Assembly (NCBI GenBank): GCA_965198225.1
Contig: CBDAOY010000006.1
Coordinates: 480,001 to 544,000, forward strand
Direction: 5' to 3'
Length of the DNA: 64,000 bases
Origin: Terriglobia bacterium
GTDB lineage: Bacteria > Acidobacteriota > Terriglobia > 20CM-2-55-15
Shown: in pieces, positions 1 through 9,800 of the stretch
Position numbering within the stretch: the stretch's first letter is position 1
Layout of the letters: each line of letters opens with the position of its first letter
Translations under genes and position numbers: made by a program
The notes under the pieces: model-generated
Told to the model about the DNA's origin: nothing
The model's database searches: none
The model's input: the letters and a program-made list of their open reading frames with translations, nothing else

Positions 1-1170
1 CTCCGTGACGCGCTGGTCGTTACCGAAGTGGCCCTCTCGCTCGTCCTTCTCGTCGGCGGTGGGCTCATGATTCGCAGCTTCATGGAGTTACAGGCTGCCC
101 AGCTTGGTTTCAGACCGACCTCGGCAATGACCGTGAAGATTGCGTTGCCGCGCGGGCTCTATGACGCGGTCGAGCAACGCGCGAACTACTGGAGAAACCT
201 CCGCAGCGAAGTGATGTTGTTGCCGGGGGTCGAAAGCGTTGCGTCCGCGTGGCCGCTTCCGTTCGCCGAAAGCGGGTCGGAAATACCCTATTCATCGACA
301 GGTGCGACTTCGAGCGATGTCGGTCGTTTCATGACGACGACAACCCTGGTCTCGCCAGGTTACTTCGAGACGATGGGGGCCCGACTCCTGGACGGACGAC
401 CCTTTTTGGAGGAGGATCTGACCCGGAACACGGCCATCGTAGTGGTCGACGACATCGTCGCAGAACGCCTCTATCCGGATCAGTCAGCAGTCGGTCAAAC
501 GTTGTGGCTGGCACCCGAGGGCAGAGCCGAAAAGCTACCCCTGGAGATCATCGGGGTCGTCTCCCACATCCGGCACCAACGGATTGTGGGCGAGGAACGC
601 GAGACGATCTACCGACTCACCGACGGCGCTTTCAGGATGGCTGCCGTTGTTCGGACCAGTGGCGACCCGCGCGCGGCGCTTGGAGGGATTCGCCAGGTCG
701 CGGCCAGGCTCGATCCCGACGTGCCGATATTCGACGCGCGCACGTTTAGAGAGTACATCGACAAGGAAATCGCGCCGACTCGATTTACGATGACCCTGGC
801 CGGCTTCTTCGCCATGGCCGCCCTGGTGCTGGCCGCAGTGGGACTCTACGGGGTCACCTCCTACTCGGTGGCACAACGCGAGTCGGAGCTCGGGGTGCGT
901 GTCGCGCTCGGCGCACACCGCGGCAGGATCATGCGCTTGGTGCTCGGGCATGGTCTGGCCATGACCCTCATCGGGATCGCGATCGGCCTGGTCCTGTCCC
1001 TGGGTCTTTCCCTCGTGATTCAAAGCCTGCTCCTGGGTGTGTCGCCGACCGACCCTCTCACCCTGGTTGGCGTCTCCCTCCTCCTCGCGGCAGTCGCCAT
1101 GATCGCAAGCTACCTTCCGGCGCGTCGGGCCGCACGAGTGGATCCGCTCGTGGCGTTGCGGGGGGAGTAG
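1..1170 (+). CDS. ADOP/MacB-FtsX family ABC permease, C-terminal part (5' truncated by window edge)
   Basis: LRDALVVTEVALSLVLLVGGGL start; LAAVGLYGVTSYSVAQRESELGVRVALGA; ends ASYLPARRAARVDPLVALRGE, the typical acidobacterial duplicated orphan permease C-terminus. Confidence 0.92.
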   Translation, partial: LRDALVVTEVALSLVLLVGGGLMIRSFMELQAAQLGFRPTSAMTVKIALPRGLYDAVEQRANYWRNLRSEVMLLPGVESVASAWPLPFAESGSEIPYSSTGATSSDVGRFMTTTTLVSPGYFETMGARLLDGRPFLEEDLTRNTAIVVVDDIVAERLYPDQSAVGQTLWLAPEGRAEKLPLEIIGVVSHIRHQRIVGEERETIYRLTDGAFRMAAVVRTSGDPRAALGGIRQVAARLDPDVPIFDARTFREYIDKEIAPTRFTMTLAGFFAMAALVLAAVGLYGVTSYSVAQRESELGVRVALGAHRGRIMRLVLGHGLAMTLIGIAIGLVLSLGLSLVIQSLLLGVSPTDPLTLVGVSLLLAAVAMIASYLPARRAARVDPLVALRGE

Positions 1171-1290
1171 GTCCACCCCTTTCGCGGATTTCACCCTTAC
1201 CCCTCGGAGATCTAGAAGCGTACCGGTCCGAAGCTCTGTCGTGGGGCGCTTATCACACACGAGAACTTGCTTCGACTCAATCGCTTGGAT

Positions 1291-1354
1291 GTAGGTGCGC
1301 TCCATGAGAGCACTGCTTCGGTGCGAAGGGAGTGCGGTCATAGACCGCACCTAC
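1291..1354. repeat. GTAG-type REP doublet (inverted pair of palindromes)
   Basis: GTAGGTGCGCTCCATGAGAGCAC at 1291-1313 and inverted GTGCGGTCATAGACCGCACCTAC at 1332-1354; same units recur at 17284-17379. Confidence 0.8.
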
Positions 1355-1494
1355 AAATTCCTGACGCCTCTCGCCTGCGGCCGGAGTAACAAGGGTCGGT
1401 GAGAAAGGCGGGCTAACTAACGGCGTCAATGTCGGAGTTCGAGTGAAGAGTCGTTGCGGCACGAAGCTGAGAGGGTGGCGTGTCGGCGAACTCC

Positions 1495-4206
1495 CTAGAA
1501 ATTGAATCGGACGGAAAGTCGGATGTGTCGGGCGCGACGCGCGCGCGTGGCTTGACCGAAGAGGGGGGAGGTCTGCACCCCGCTGAACCTCTGGAAGTTG
1601 ACCTGGTTCAGGAGGTTCTGGACATTGGCGCTCATCGTCATACGGATGCCTCGACGGCCGCCGTAGTAGCCGCCGCTGGCCGCCGGTCCGCTGCTCGCGG
1701 TCCGTGACTCTCGAAGCTGCACGGACTTGGACAGGTTCATGGAGACTTCAAAGAACCCCGGGCCTGTCAGTGAATTCCGGGGCACGCCGGGAGGGCGGTC
1801 GTTGGTGTTGGTGTCCTGGTTGTCGTCCCTGCCGGTTCGGAGGCTGTAGGGCCTTCCCGTGTTCCAATTGAAGCGGGTATTCGCGTTCACGCTCCAGGGC
1901 ATCCTGAAGTTGACTGAGGTGTTGAAGCGGCGTTTCGCACTCACGGGCGCCCACTCTGCCCCCAGATCATGGTTGTCCGCAGGAAGTCCGAACGGCCCGG
2001 TGGCGTCGGTGTAGTTGGACTCGAGAGTGTAGTTGCCGTTGATGTTGACGAAACTGAACCGCTGCCGGAAGCCCAACCTCAGGTTCTGGTTACGGGAAGT
2101 GCCTGTAGATTCCAGCTGAACGATTCTGCCTCGGGAGGGATCCGGCGGAAGGCAGGTCGCCTCGTTCTGATCCAGTTGGCAGGACCTGGCGATCGTCGAG
2201 GTGACGTCCAGGGGAGAGTTGAGGTTTCGGCCGCGGAAGAGATGGACACCGCGAACGAACCTGTAGGCGCCGGTCAGCACCAGACCCTCGGAGAAGCTGG
2301 TCTCGATCGACACCTCGAAATTCCAGGTATAGGGGGCCGCGAGGTCGTCGGCACGAACCCGGATCGACGAGGGCACGTCTATCGTGGTCTCGCCGTCCTC
2401 ACCGAGGAACGGATCCGGGTACGACGGATTCCGGATCGTCAGAGATCTCTGACGCGTCCCGTCAAACTGGATCAACTGTCCGACCGTTCCACGCCTCAGA
2501 CGCTGATGAAAGATACCGCTCCCGCCACGGATGACCGTGGACGAACCGATCGAGTATGCGAAGCCGAGCCTCGGATCGACGTTATTGAGGTCACCCAGGT
2601 TCGTCTGGGATTCGTAACGCAAGCCAAGGCCGACGGCGAGGCGGGGCGTGATCCTGAAATCGCTCTGAACGAAAGCAGCCGCTTCGAACTGGCTGACCCT
2701 CAGGTTTGGATCACCCTGATTGACGCTGTATTGAATGGGCCTTCCGGCAAGAAAGTCGTCGAGGCTCGAAAAGATGAAGCTCCCGTTGAAATTGCGCCTC
2801 GAAACTGAGTCTTCGCGGCTGTAACCCCCGTCGAACCCCAGTTTAACCGAGAGATTCCGGCCCGTGTACATCAGCAGGTCGCCGAACCCATAGTCGAGGT
2901 TCCGGTTCTCGCCGCTGTTGGGAGAACCTCCGCCCCTGAAGGCGTCGAGGACATTGATCAGAGGTCCGGAGTTCGCCGGGAACGATTCGTTGGAGTTCTT
3001 GCCGAAAAAGAAACGGACCTCGTTGTTGAGGGTACGCGACAGGATCGCCGTTTCCTTGATCTGGAAGCTGAAGTGTCTTCGGTCCCAGCTCGATGCCTGT
3101 TCGGGCAGCCCGAACCCCCCGACGCCGAGGTTCGCCATGTCAAAGGTCTCGAAACTGAAGCTCGTGTTGACCACGTGGCTATCGTTGAGCTGGGCGGTCG
3201 CCCGCGTCGTGAGACCGCGGTTCTTGCGGGGTTGCGTAATGGCATCGTTGATCAGGCCGTCCGGTGTGATCGCCCGGAGCGTTTCTCCTCTTTCATCCGT
3301 CTCGTGTTCGAAGCTGAGCGTCAGTGTCAGCCGTTCCCGGATGACGGGCCCACTGAGGTTGACCTCGAGGTTTCGCTCCTGGTACGGAGGACGGGATAAC
3401 GCGAACGCATTCCGAGCGTCGAGCTTCTCGTCGGCAAAGTCAAACTCGACATCGCCGTTGAAGCGTCCCGTCCCTCCACGGGTCACGATCTGAGTCTGCC
3501 CCCGACCCTGCCGGCTCTGCTCCGCGGTGAAGGAGTTTTCGTTGATCCGGATTTCCTGGATCTCGTCCCGATTCGGCATCCGACCGCCGCCGAACCCGTC
3601 GATGACCAACCCCCCTCCGCGCCCCGCCGGACTCCGAAGATCCCCCAGATACTCGCGCAGCTCGTCCTCGTCTTCGGGCAAGTCGCTGTTCCGCTCGCCC
3701 GCGATGTCTCTGGTCAGGGCGTAGCGCTGAGCGGGGTTGAGGAACTTCACCGCAGCAAGCAGCAACTGCTCCTCAAGGTCGCGGATGTTGTCGGAGAGCG
3801 ACGAACCGGCCACCTCGACGTCGGCTTCGATCACACGCCGTCGTTCCCGGTCATGAGCTTCCCAGACGGACTGGACCTGTGTTTCCTGGTCGAACGTCAG
3901 CGGTGCGACGCTGGCTTCCTCGAGGAGATCCTTCAAACCGGCCACGCCGTCGTTGAGCAACAGACGTCCTGCCTCGGCCCGGAACTGCGCGATCTCTTCC
4001 TCGGAAAGCTCAGTTTGCGCGGAAATCGGGGATGGAGCGGCCGGGCGGTCAGGACCCCTTTCCTGCCCGGCAAAGACCAGCAGAGGAAGGGCCAGTGAGA
4101 AGGCAACTACGCAAACGCTGCGGTGCACCAACGGGTTGCTCCTTCGTGTCTCTTCGATCGGTCCGCACTCGACGTCCTGCTGGCTGACCTCACAGGGGAA
4201 CTCCAA
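1495..4206 (-). CDS. Oar-like TonB-dependent outer-membrane beta-barrel protein with an atypical helical N-terminus
   Basis: IQEIRINENSFTAE, IVTRGGT, LDARNAF, FVQSDFRITPRLAVGLGLRYE, DPRLGFAY, C-terminal IRLSVRFNF; start codon uncertain. Confidence 0.85.
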   Translation of the reverse strand: MEFPCEVSQQDVECGPIEETRRSNPLVHRSVCVVAFSLALPLLVFAGQERGPDRPAAPSPISAQTELSEEEIAQFRAEAGRLLLNDGVAGLKDLLEEASVAPLTFDQETQVQSVWEAHDRERRRVIEADVEVAGSSLSDNIRDLEEQLLLAAVKFLNPAQRYALTRDIAGERNSDLPEDEDELREYLGDLRSPAGRGGGLVIDGFGGGRMPNRDEIQEIRINENSFTAEQSRQGRGQTQIVTRGGTGRFNGDVEFDFADEKLDARNAFALSRPPYQERNLEVNLSGPVIRERLTLTLSFEHETDERGETLRAITPDGLINDAITQPRKNRGLTTRATAQLNDSHVVNTSFSFETFDMANLGVGGFGLPEQASSWDRRHFSFQIKETAILSRTLNNEVRFFFGKNSNESFPANSGPLINVLDAFRGGGSPNSGENRNLDYGFGDLLMYTGRNLSVKLGFDGGYSREDSVSRRNFNGSFIFSSLDDFLAGRPIQYSVNQGDPNLRVSQFEAAAFVQSDFRITPRLAVGLGLRYESQTNLGDLNNVDPRLGFAYSIGSSTVIRGGSGIFHQRLRRGTVGQLIQFDGTRQRSLTIRNPSYPDPFLGEDGETTIDVPSSIRVRADDLAAPYTWNFEVSIETSFSEGLVLTGAYRFVRGVHLFRGRNLNSPLDVTSTIARSCQLDQNEATCLPPDPSRGRIVQLESTGTSRNQNLRLGFRQRFSFVNINGNYTLESNYTDATGPFGLPADNHDLGAEWAPVSAKRRFNTSVNFRMPWSVNANTRFNWNTGRPYSLRTGRDDNQDTNTNDRPPGVPRNSLTGPGFFEVSMNLSKSVQLRESRTASSGPAASGGYYGGRRGIRMTMSANVQNLLNQVNFQRFSGVQTSPLFGQATRARRARHIRLSVRFNF

Positions 4207-4579
4207 TGATAGCGAAAATGCTCAGTCAGGACGGCAATTTCGTTATCGAAAGCGCCGCTATGACGTTCGTTAGCTGCATCCCGTCTCTCTCAACTAGGAC
4301 ACCGCGGAAGCCCCGACAGTTCCCGACATCCATCGAGTGTTCCGATGTCAGACTGGGAGTTCTGCGTTTTGTCACCAAGATCGTCATCAGGATCGGTGAA
4401 CGCTCGAGTGGGGCTTCAGATCACCTGCGGGCGGCACATCCGTTGACTCCTCCGAAACTCCCGAATAACATCGACCCCAATGCTCTCCATGACCTCGGTG
4501 CACCTTCCGGATCACAACGGCGCTCATGGGCGACATATTCGGAGTATCGAACTCGGAATCCTGAGATTCGAAGAGAAGG

Positions 4580-4732
4580 ATGCTGCGAGAGGTGAACCTG
4601 CTCGACGCCCCGGAAGCTGATCTCCGAAGTATGCGGCTGGAGGAGATCTTCCGACAGGAGTGCGACCATGTGGACCAACACCTGGGCGATGTCAAGGCAA
4701 CCTTAAAGACGCATCATCCTCCATCGGCCTGA
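4580..4732 (+). CDS. 50-aa ORF, possible DinB-like C-terminal fragment
   Basis: Read by eye (below ORF-track cutoff): MLREVNLLDAPEADLRSMRLEEIFRQECDHVDQHLGDVKATLK with an HxxxH helix; GA-rich sequence upstream. Confidence 0.3.
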   Translation: MLREVNLLDAPEADLRSMRLEEIFRQECDHVDQHLGDVKATLKTHHPPSA

Positions 4733-4743
4733 CCGTCTAAACC

Positions 4744-4806
4744 CTCATGGGCTCTCCAGCCCCGCCCACCCGGCGTTGGCTCAGTCATCCTCATCCTTTC
4801 GAAGCT
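4744..4806. repeat. Degenerate direct copy of 4979-5053 (junction of NTase stop and small-ORF start)
   Basis: CCGGCGTTGGCTCAGTCATCCxCATCCTTTCGAAGCT and CCAGCCCCGC present at both sites. Confidence 0.85.
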
Positions 4807-4840
4807 TTCGAAGAGGCCCGACGTTGTCCAGCAATGCGGC

Positions 4841-5035
4841 CTATTCGTTCTGATCCCAGTCCCCGGTCGGGTGCGTCGGCCCCCCTCCGCGAACGTGTCG
4901 GACGAATCGATGCGCCTCCTCCAGCCAGGCGAGTTTCTCGGATAGAGGAAGTTGGGCCAGGCGAGCTAGCTGGCGCCGCTCATGGTCTTTCCAGCCCCGC
5001 TCCCAGACCCGCTCATCCGGCGTTGGCTCAGTCAT
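4841..5035 (-). CDS. Small helical protein, probable partner of the upstream nucleotidyltransferase
   Basis: ATG overlaps the NTase end (GATGACTGA); MTEPTPDERVWERGWKDHERRQLARLAQLPLSEKLAWLEEA. Confidence 0.7.
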   Translation of the reverse strand: MTEPTPDERVWERGWKDHERRQLARLAQLPLSEKLAWLEEAHRFVRHVRGGGPTHPTGDWDQNE

Positions 5036-5534
5036 CCACATCCTTTCGAAGCTGAATCAGACTCTGAACATCCTCCCGATCACGAGGTCGGCCGGCCCGT
5101 GTTTTCATCTCGATCAAGTCCTCCAGGCTGCAGAACACCGCCTCCACACCCGGCGCCGCCGGCTGTCTCACAGCTTTCTCATAGGCCTCTCTAAAATCGA
5201 TGGGCGGTTCCAGAAACAGGGCAACCTCGGTGGCTCGATGTGCGTCGGAGAAAAGCGAAAACACGGTCATGTCCTTCTCCTGCGCCCACTGTCGACGCGC
5301 CGAGCGGTCGACGAAGTCGTCGAACTCCACCGGCGCGCGGGGACGGTAACCGAGCCCCTTCAGTGCCGCGACCGCGCGCGTGAGGTTTGCTGTGTCCATC
5401 GACAGCATCAGATCGACGTCGGCGGTGAACCGGACGTATCCGTGCGCAACGACCGCGAGCCCGCCAACGATCAGGTATTGGACCTGGTTCTCGTTCAGCG
5501 CCGCTACAATTGCCGCCAGGCTTCCGCGCTCCAT
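5028..5534 (-). CDS. Nucleotidyltransferase, DUF6036/AbiEii-like
   Basis: YLIVGGLAVVAHGYVRFTADVDL and LEDLIEMKTRAGRPRDREDV motifs. Confidence 0.85.
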   Translation of the reverse strand: MERGSLAAIVAALNENQVQYLIVGGLAVVAHGYVRFTADVDLMLSMDTANLTRAVAALKGLGYRPRAPVEFDDFVDRSARRQWAQEKDMTVFSLFSDAHRATEVALFLEPPIDFREAYEKAVRQPAAPGVEAVFCSLEDLIEMKTRAGRPRDREDVQSLIQLRKDVDD

Positions 5535-5567
5535 GCCGGTGCGATTATAGCGTGAGCGGCACGCGGC

Positions 5568-7655
5568 CTAGCGGAACTGATTCCGCTGCTCACCTCCAGA
5601 GTCGTCCGAAGTTGCGAGCGGTTCGTGGGTGCCCCACTTCTCGAACCACTTCCTCAGGTAGAGCTGGGTCCGGAGGAAGTTCGAAGGCCGGGAAGTCGTG
5701 CCATGCCACTCTTCCTGGAATCGGATCATGACGGTAGGTACGCCTACGTACTGCAGTGCCTGGTAGAACTCTTCGGTCTGGCCCATCGGGGTGCGCAGGT
5801 CGTTCTCACCCGTCATGAGCATGGTCGGCGTCGTAACGTTCTCCACGTAGAAGATCGATGAGCGATCGATCCATTCCGCGGCGTCTTCCCAGAACGGCTT
5901 CTCGAAGGTACGCAGGTAGCTGATGGCGTCGGATGTTCCCATGGCAGACATCCAGTTGACGATGGGGCAGTTCGCCGAGGCGGCCCGGAAGCGATCGGTA
6001 TTGCCGACGATGTAGCTCGTCAGGATGCCGCCACCGGAACATCCGTAAACAAACAGGTTGTCTTCGTCGACGTAGCCGGTCGCGAGTGCCTCGTCGACGC
6101 CGCGCATGAGGTCCTGCATGTCGATACCGGGATAGTCGTGGTTGATAGCGTTTGCAAAGGCCGTCCCGAAGCCGGTGCTCCCCCGGGGATTGGTGTAAAG
6201 GACCACGTAATCGTTGGCGGCATGCTCCTGAAACGCGAAGTTGAAGCCGCCGTTGTACATCCCGTGCGGGCCGCCGTGGATCGCCAGCATCATGGGATAG
6301 GCGCGGTTCGGATCGAAGCTGGGGGGCTTCACGATCCAGCCCTGGACGCGGAAAGGATCCGAGTCATACCAGATTTCTTCCACCTCGCCAAGAGTGACGC
6401 CGTGGAGGACGTCGGCGTTCACCTCGGTCAGGCGGGTGACGTCGCTCGGACTCGCCAGGTCGAACCGGTAGATGTCGCCGGGCTCGTGCGCGCTCGAGAT
6501 CGTGCCGACCGCAATACCGCCGCCGGAAAACGACGATAGCGAAAGGAGCTGCTTACCTTCGGTGAGCTGCGTGACGCCCCCATCGATCGATACGAAGTGA
6601 AGGCCACGATACCCCTCGCGCGAAACACTGAAGTAAAGGCCGCTTCCGTCCGGTGCCCACTCAAGCCCGCGCGACTGGCGGTCGTAGTCGCCGGAGATCG
6701 CACGCGACCCGGACCCGTCGCGGTTCATCACATAGATTTTCTGATTCCGGTAGGTATCCTGGTGGGCCTCGATACCGGTGTAAGCGATCAGGCGCCCGTC
6801 GGCTGACGGCACCGGTCCGTTGTCGGGGCCGCGCCGGTCCGTAAGCTGAGTTACCTCCCCCGAAGCCACCGCGACCGCATAGATCTCCGATTCCTGCCAG
6901 TGGTCCGGTCGGTCCCAGTCCTCGGCGCGATAGGACGTGAAGTAGATCTCGGTTCCGTCGGGGCTCCACGCAATGTTCGAGTGGTTCCAATCGCCGTCGG
7001 TGAGCTGCCGGGCGGTTCCGCCTTCGGCCGGCACCACGAAGACGTGCGTCCATCCCGTATCGATGTAACCCCGGCGGTCGCGCTTGTAGCCGGCCCGTTC
7101 GACGATCTTGGGTTCTTCCACCCATTTCGCCCCGTCCGGTCGCGAGGGAAGTCCGACTCCGGAGAAATCCGCCTTGTCGTTCACTCGAGCGGCGAAAGCC
7201 ACCGAATTACCATCGGGAGACCAGCGCGCCCCCGATGGCCCGTTCTCCAGCCGGGTGATCTGAGTCACGGATCCTTCATCGTCCATCCAACGGACGAAGA
7301 TCTGTGAACCCTCCGGTTCCCCCTCTTTCGTGAAGAGGATTCTAGTACCGTCGGGAGACCAGCGCGCTCCACTACCGTCGATCAGTTGCCGATTCCTGGT
7401 GCCGTCGCCGTTCATGATCCATAGCGACGATTCGCGACGGTCGTTGACCTTGTCCACCCACTGGCGCGTGTAGATGATCCGGGCCCCATCGGGTGAGATC
7501 TGAGGATCTGAAACGGACTCCATGTCCAGGTACTTCTCGAGCGAGAGCCGCTGATCCTGAGCGCTGACTTCCGAGGCCAGGAGAAAAGCGCCGACAGAAA
7601 CCGCAAGCGCAAGGCAACCAAACCGACAGGCTCGGCGACCGTTCGTCCGTTTCAT
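5568..7655 (-). CDS. S9 family peptidase (acylaminoacyl/dipeptidyl aminopeptidase) with PD40 beta-propeller, exported
   Basis: Signal peptide; WSPDG repeats; IHGGPH; GCSGGG nucleophile; GENDLR and EWHG triad residues. Confidence 0.93.
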   Translation of the reverse strand: MKRTNGRRACRFGCLALAVSVGAFLLASEVSAQDQRLSLEKYLDMESVSDPQISPDGARIIYTRQWVDKVNDRRESSLWIMNGDGTRNRQLIDGSGARWSPDGTRILFTKEGEPEGSQIFVRWMDDEGSVTQITRLENGPSGARWSPDGNSVAFAARVNDKADFSGVGLPSRPDGAKWVEEPKIVERAGYKRDRRGYIDTGWTHVFVVPAEGGTARQLTDGDWNHSNIAWSPDGTEIYFTSYRAEDWDRPDHWQESEIYAVAVASGEVTQLTDRRGPDNGPVPSADGRLIAYTGIEAHQDTYRNQKIYVMNRDGSGSRAISGDYDRQSRGLEWAPDGSGLYFSVSREGYRGLHFVSIDGGVTQLTEGKQLLSLSSFSGGGIAVGTISSAHEPGDIYRFDLASPSDVTRLTEVNADVLHGVTLGEVEEIWYDSDPFRVQGWIVKPPSFDPNRAYPMMLAIHGGPHGMYNGGFNFAFQEHAANDYVVLYTNPRGSTGFGTAFANAINHDYPGIDMQDLMRGVDEALATGYVDEDNLFVYGCSGGGILTSYIVGNTDRFRAASANCPIVNWMSAMGTSDAISYLRTFEKPFWEDAAEWIDRSSIFYVENVTTPTMLMTGENDLRTPMGQTEEFYQALQYVGVPTVMIRFQEEWHGTTSRPSNFLRTQLYLRKWFEKWGTHEPLATSDDSGGEQRNQFR

Positions 7656-7913
7656 TTCAAACCCCCTTTCAGCGAATGATGTGTGCCACGCGGCGCGTCT
7701 AGCTCGACGTAGTGCTGGAAGAGCTGGCGCCGGACCCAGCCTCCACGGATTCTACTCTCGCCGGGATGCCGGAGTCACCAAAACCCAGGGGCAGGAAGAA
7801 CCAGAGACCTACTGCCTGAGAGGAATCAGACTTGTTCCTACGTGACAGAGCGGTCGGCAGCAGACGTCAAGCACTCCCGATTCAGACGAGCAGTCTCAGT
7901 TCCATCGAAATCC

Positions 7914-7942
7914 TTGACAGGTCGGCGGTGGAAGGGTAAAAC
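7914..7942 (+). promoter_or_regulatory. Putative sigma-70 promoter for the 7991 ORF
   Basis: TTGACA (7914-7919), 17 bp spacer, TAAAAC (7937-7942). Confidence 0.5.
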
Positions 7943-7990
7943 CGGCTGAACCAGAGGCACGAAGCTGAACCCTCGCAGCCAGTCGATAAG

Positions 7991-8455
7991 ATGGAGCGAT
8001 ATCGATCGATCATCATCAAGAGCGTCACCTGGACATGCGGTGTCGGGTCAGTTTATTTTCTGTACCAGATTGTCGCAGTCGATGTGAGCACGACTCCCGA
8101 ACCCTTCTGGGAGCTTTTCGTCGACAGCGAAGCAGACAACGCGAGAGCCGCATTAACGTACATCCTGGTGGGCATTTTCCTTGGCCTTTTTGCGCTCCTC
8201 ATGGTGGCGCTGGCAGCAAAGTTTGCCTATAACATGGTTCACGGCGCCCTCAGCAAGATCGTCCCGCACGATTGGCGGTCACTCATCCTTCCAGTTGTTC
8301 TCCTGGCCACACTCTTCACTCTCCAGGGCTGGAAGGGGCCCATCAAACACGCGGCGATTTCGGCCTACCTGCAGGTAGACGAGATCATCGCTGTCGCCGG
8401 CGGCTATGACCCCGGGGTGACGGGCGAAGTGCCGGAGACTCCAGATAATCCTTAG
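7991..8455 (+). CDS. Hypothetical membrane protein (about 3 TM segments)
   Basis: 154-aa ORF with hydrophobic stretches and an upstream promoter-like motif. Confidence 0.65.
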   Translation: MERYRSIIIKSVTWTCGVGSVYFLYQIVAVDVSTTPEPFWELFVDSEADNARAALTYILVGIFLGLFALLMVALAAKFAYNMVHGALSKIVPHDWRSLILPVVLLATLFTLQGWKGPIKHAAISAYLQVDEIIAVAGGYDPGVTGEVPETPDNP

Positions 8456-8803
8456 GCGCGAGCGAGGAGTTCGAGCGCCACGATCACACCCGAGTCGACT
8501 TCCGGCGGGTGCGAAAGAGCGCTACGCTCAGTTTTCCTGCGCTTTTCCTGCAAGCTTCTCTGTCAGTGAGGTCCCAAAAGACTCCGCCGACAGCACCGAC
8601 CGCACTCCGTCCGGCGCAACGAGCATTTCGTCGCTCATGTGGCTTCCACACTGGGAGCATTGAGGCCGCCGGAAATGCTAATTCACATGCGATACCGCGG
8701 CTGCATCTCTTCCATAGCACGGTTTTTGAACTGTCAGCCACGCAACACCAGGATCTCGGAATTGAGATTGGTCAGTCCCTGCACTCCCTCGATGGCCCGC
8801 ACT

Positions 8804-9769
8804 TCAAAAGACATGGGTGTAGATCATCGTCGTCCGAACGTCGCGGTGGCCGAGCAGTTCCTGGACCGTTCGTATGTCGTAGCCATCTTCGAGAAGGTGC
8901 GTCGCGAACGAGTGACGGAATGTGTGGCAACTGGCCGGTTTTGTGATTCCTGCCTTCCTCACGGCAGTCTGAACCGCTCGCCCGACAGCGGATTCGTGCA
9001 GGTGATGGCGGCGTTTTCGCCCCGTTTCCTTATGAAAGTAGATTCTGGTGGCAGGGAAAACCCATTGCCATGCCCACTCTGTTCCGGCGTTCGGGTATTT
9101 CCGGGCAAGTGCATAAGGTAATTCGACCCAACCGGCGCCTCTGCGAAGATCCTGTCTGTGCAGGTCCCGTTTCTTCAGCACATGAACCGAAAGAGGAGCA
9201 CGCACGAGGGACGGCAGGACGGTGACTCGATCCTTGTTGCCTTTGCCGCTCCGTACCGTAATCCGGCTGTCGCCGAACTCGATGTCCTTCACTCTCAATC
9301 TCAGGCATTCCAGCAGTCTGAGGCCAGAACCGTACAACAGAGTGGCAACCAGCCAAGGGACTCCGTCCAAAACCGCGAGAATCGATCGGACCTCTTCGCG
9401 TGTGAGAACGACCGGCAACCGCGCGGGACGCTTCGCTCTGGTGATCCGATTCAGCCAGGGCAACTCCATTCGCAAAACGTCGCGATAGAGAAAGAGGATT
9501 GCGGCCAGAGCTTGGTTCTGGGTGGACGCGCTGACCTGATGTCTGACGGCGAGCGATGACAGGAAGGCCGTTGCTTCCTCTTCGCCCATTTCAGAGGGAT
9601 GTCGCTTCCCATGGTAGATGATGAACCGGCGAATCCACCGGAGGTATGCTTTCTCGGTGCTGCGGCTGTAGTGCCGCATGCGGATCGCCGCGCGAACGGC
9701 CTCCATGAGTCTCGGCTTCTTGACGGGCTTGGCGAAATCTTCGCCGTCGCCCGATGGGATGTGACGCAC
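8804..9769 (-). CDS. intI: Integron integrase (tyrosine recombinase), C-terminal tail possibly frameshifted
   Basis: [39 protein letters not shown], IntI-specific insertion [65 protein letters not shown]. Confidence 0.95.
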   Translation of the reverse strand: MRHIPSGDGEDFAKPVKKPRLMEAVRAAIRMRHYSRSTEKAYLRWIRRFIIYHGKRHPSEMGEEEATAFLSSLAVRHQVSASTQNQALAAILFLYRDVLRMELPWLNRITRAKRPARLPVVLTREEVRSILAVLDGVPWLVATLLYGSGLRLLECLRLRVKDIEFGDSRITVRSGKGNKDRVTVLPSLVRAPLSVHVLKKRDLHRQDLRRGAGWVELPYALARKYPNAGTEWAWQWVFPATRIYFHKETGRKRRHHLHESAVGRAVQTAVRKAGITKPASCHTFRHSFATHLLEDGYDIRTVQELLGHRDVRTTMIYTHVF

Positions 9770-9800
9770 CGGGAGTTTGACCGAACAGGAAGGGCACTAA
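9740..9800. repeat. 61-bp direct repeat, left copy (right copy 11296-11358 has a 2-bp insertion)
   Basis: TTCGCCGTCGCCCGATGGGATG(AC)TGACGCACCGGGAGTTTGACCGAACAGGAAGGGCACTAA on both sides of the IS. Confidence 0.95.

Noticed and set aside
4300-4560. Weak inverted repeats upstream of the TonB-like gene
   Set aside because: Short and imperfect; no recognisable riboswitch or RNA family.
8639-9559. Plus-strand ORFs ([19 protein letters not shown]...) opposite intI
   Set aside because: Antisense shadows of the conserved integrase codons, not independent genes.
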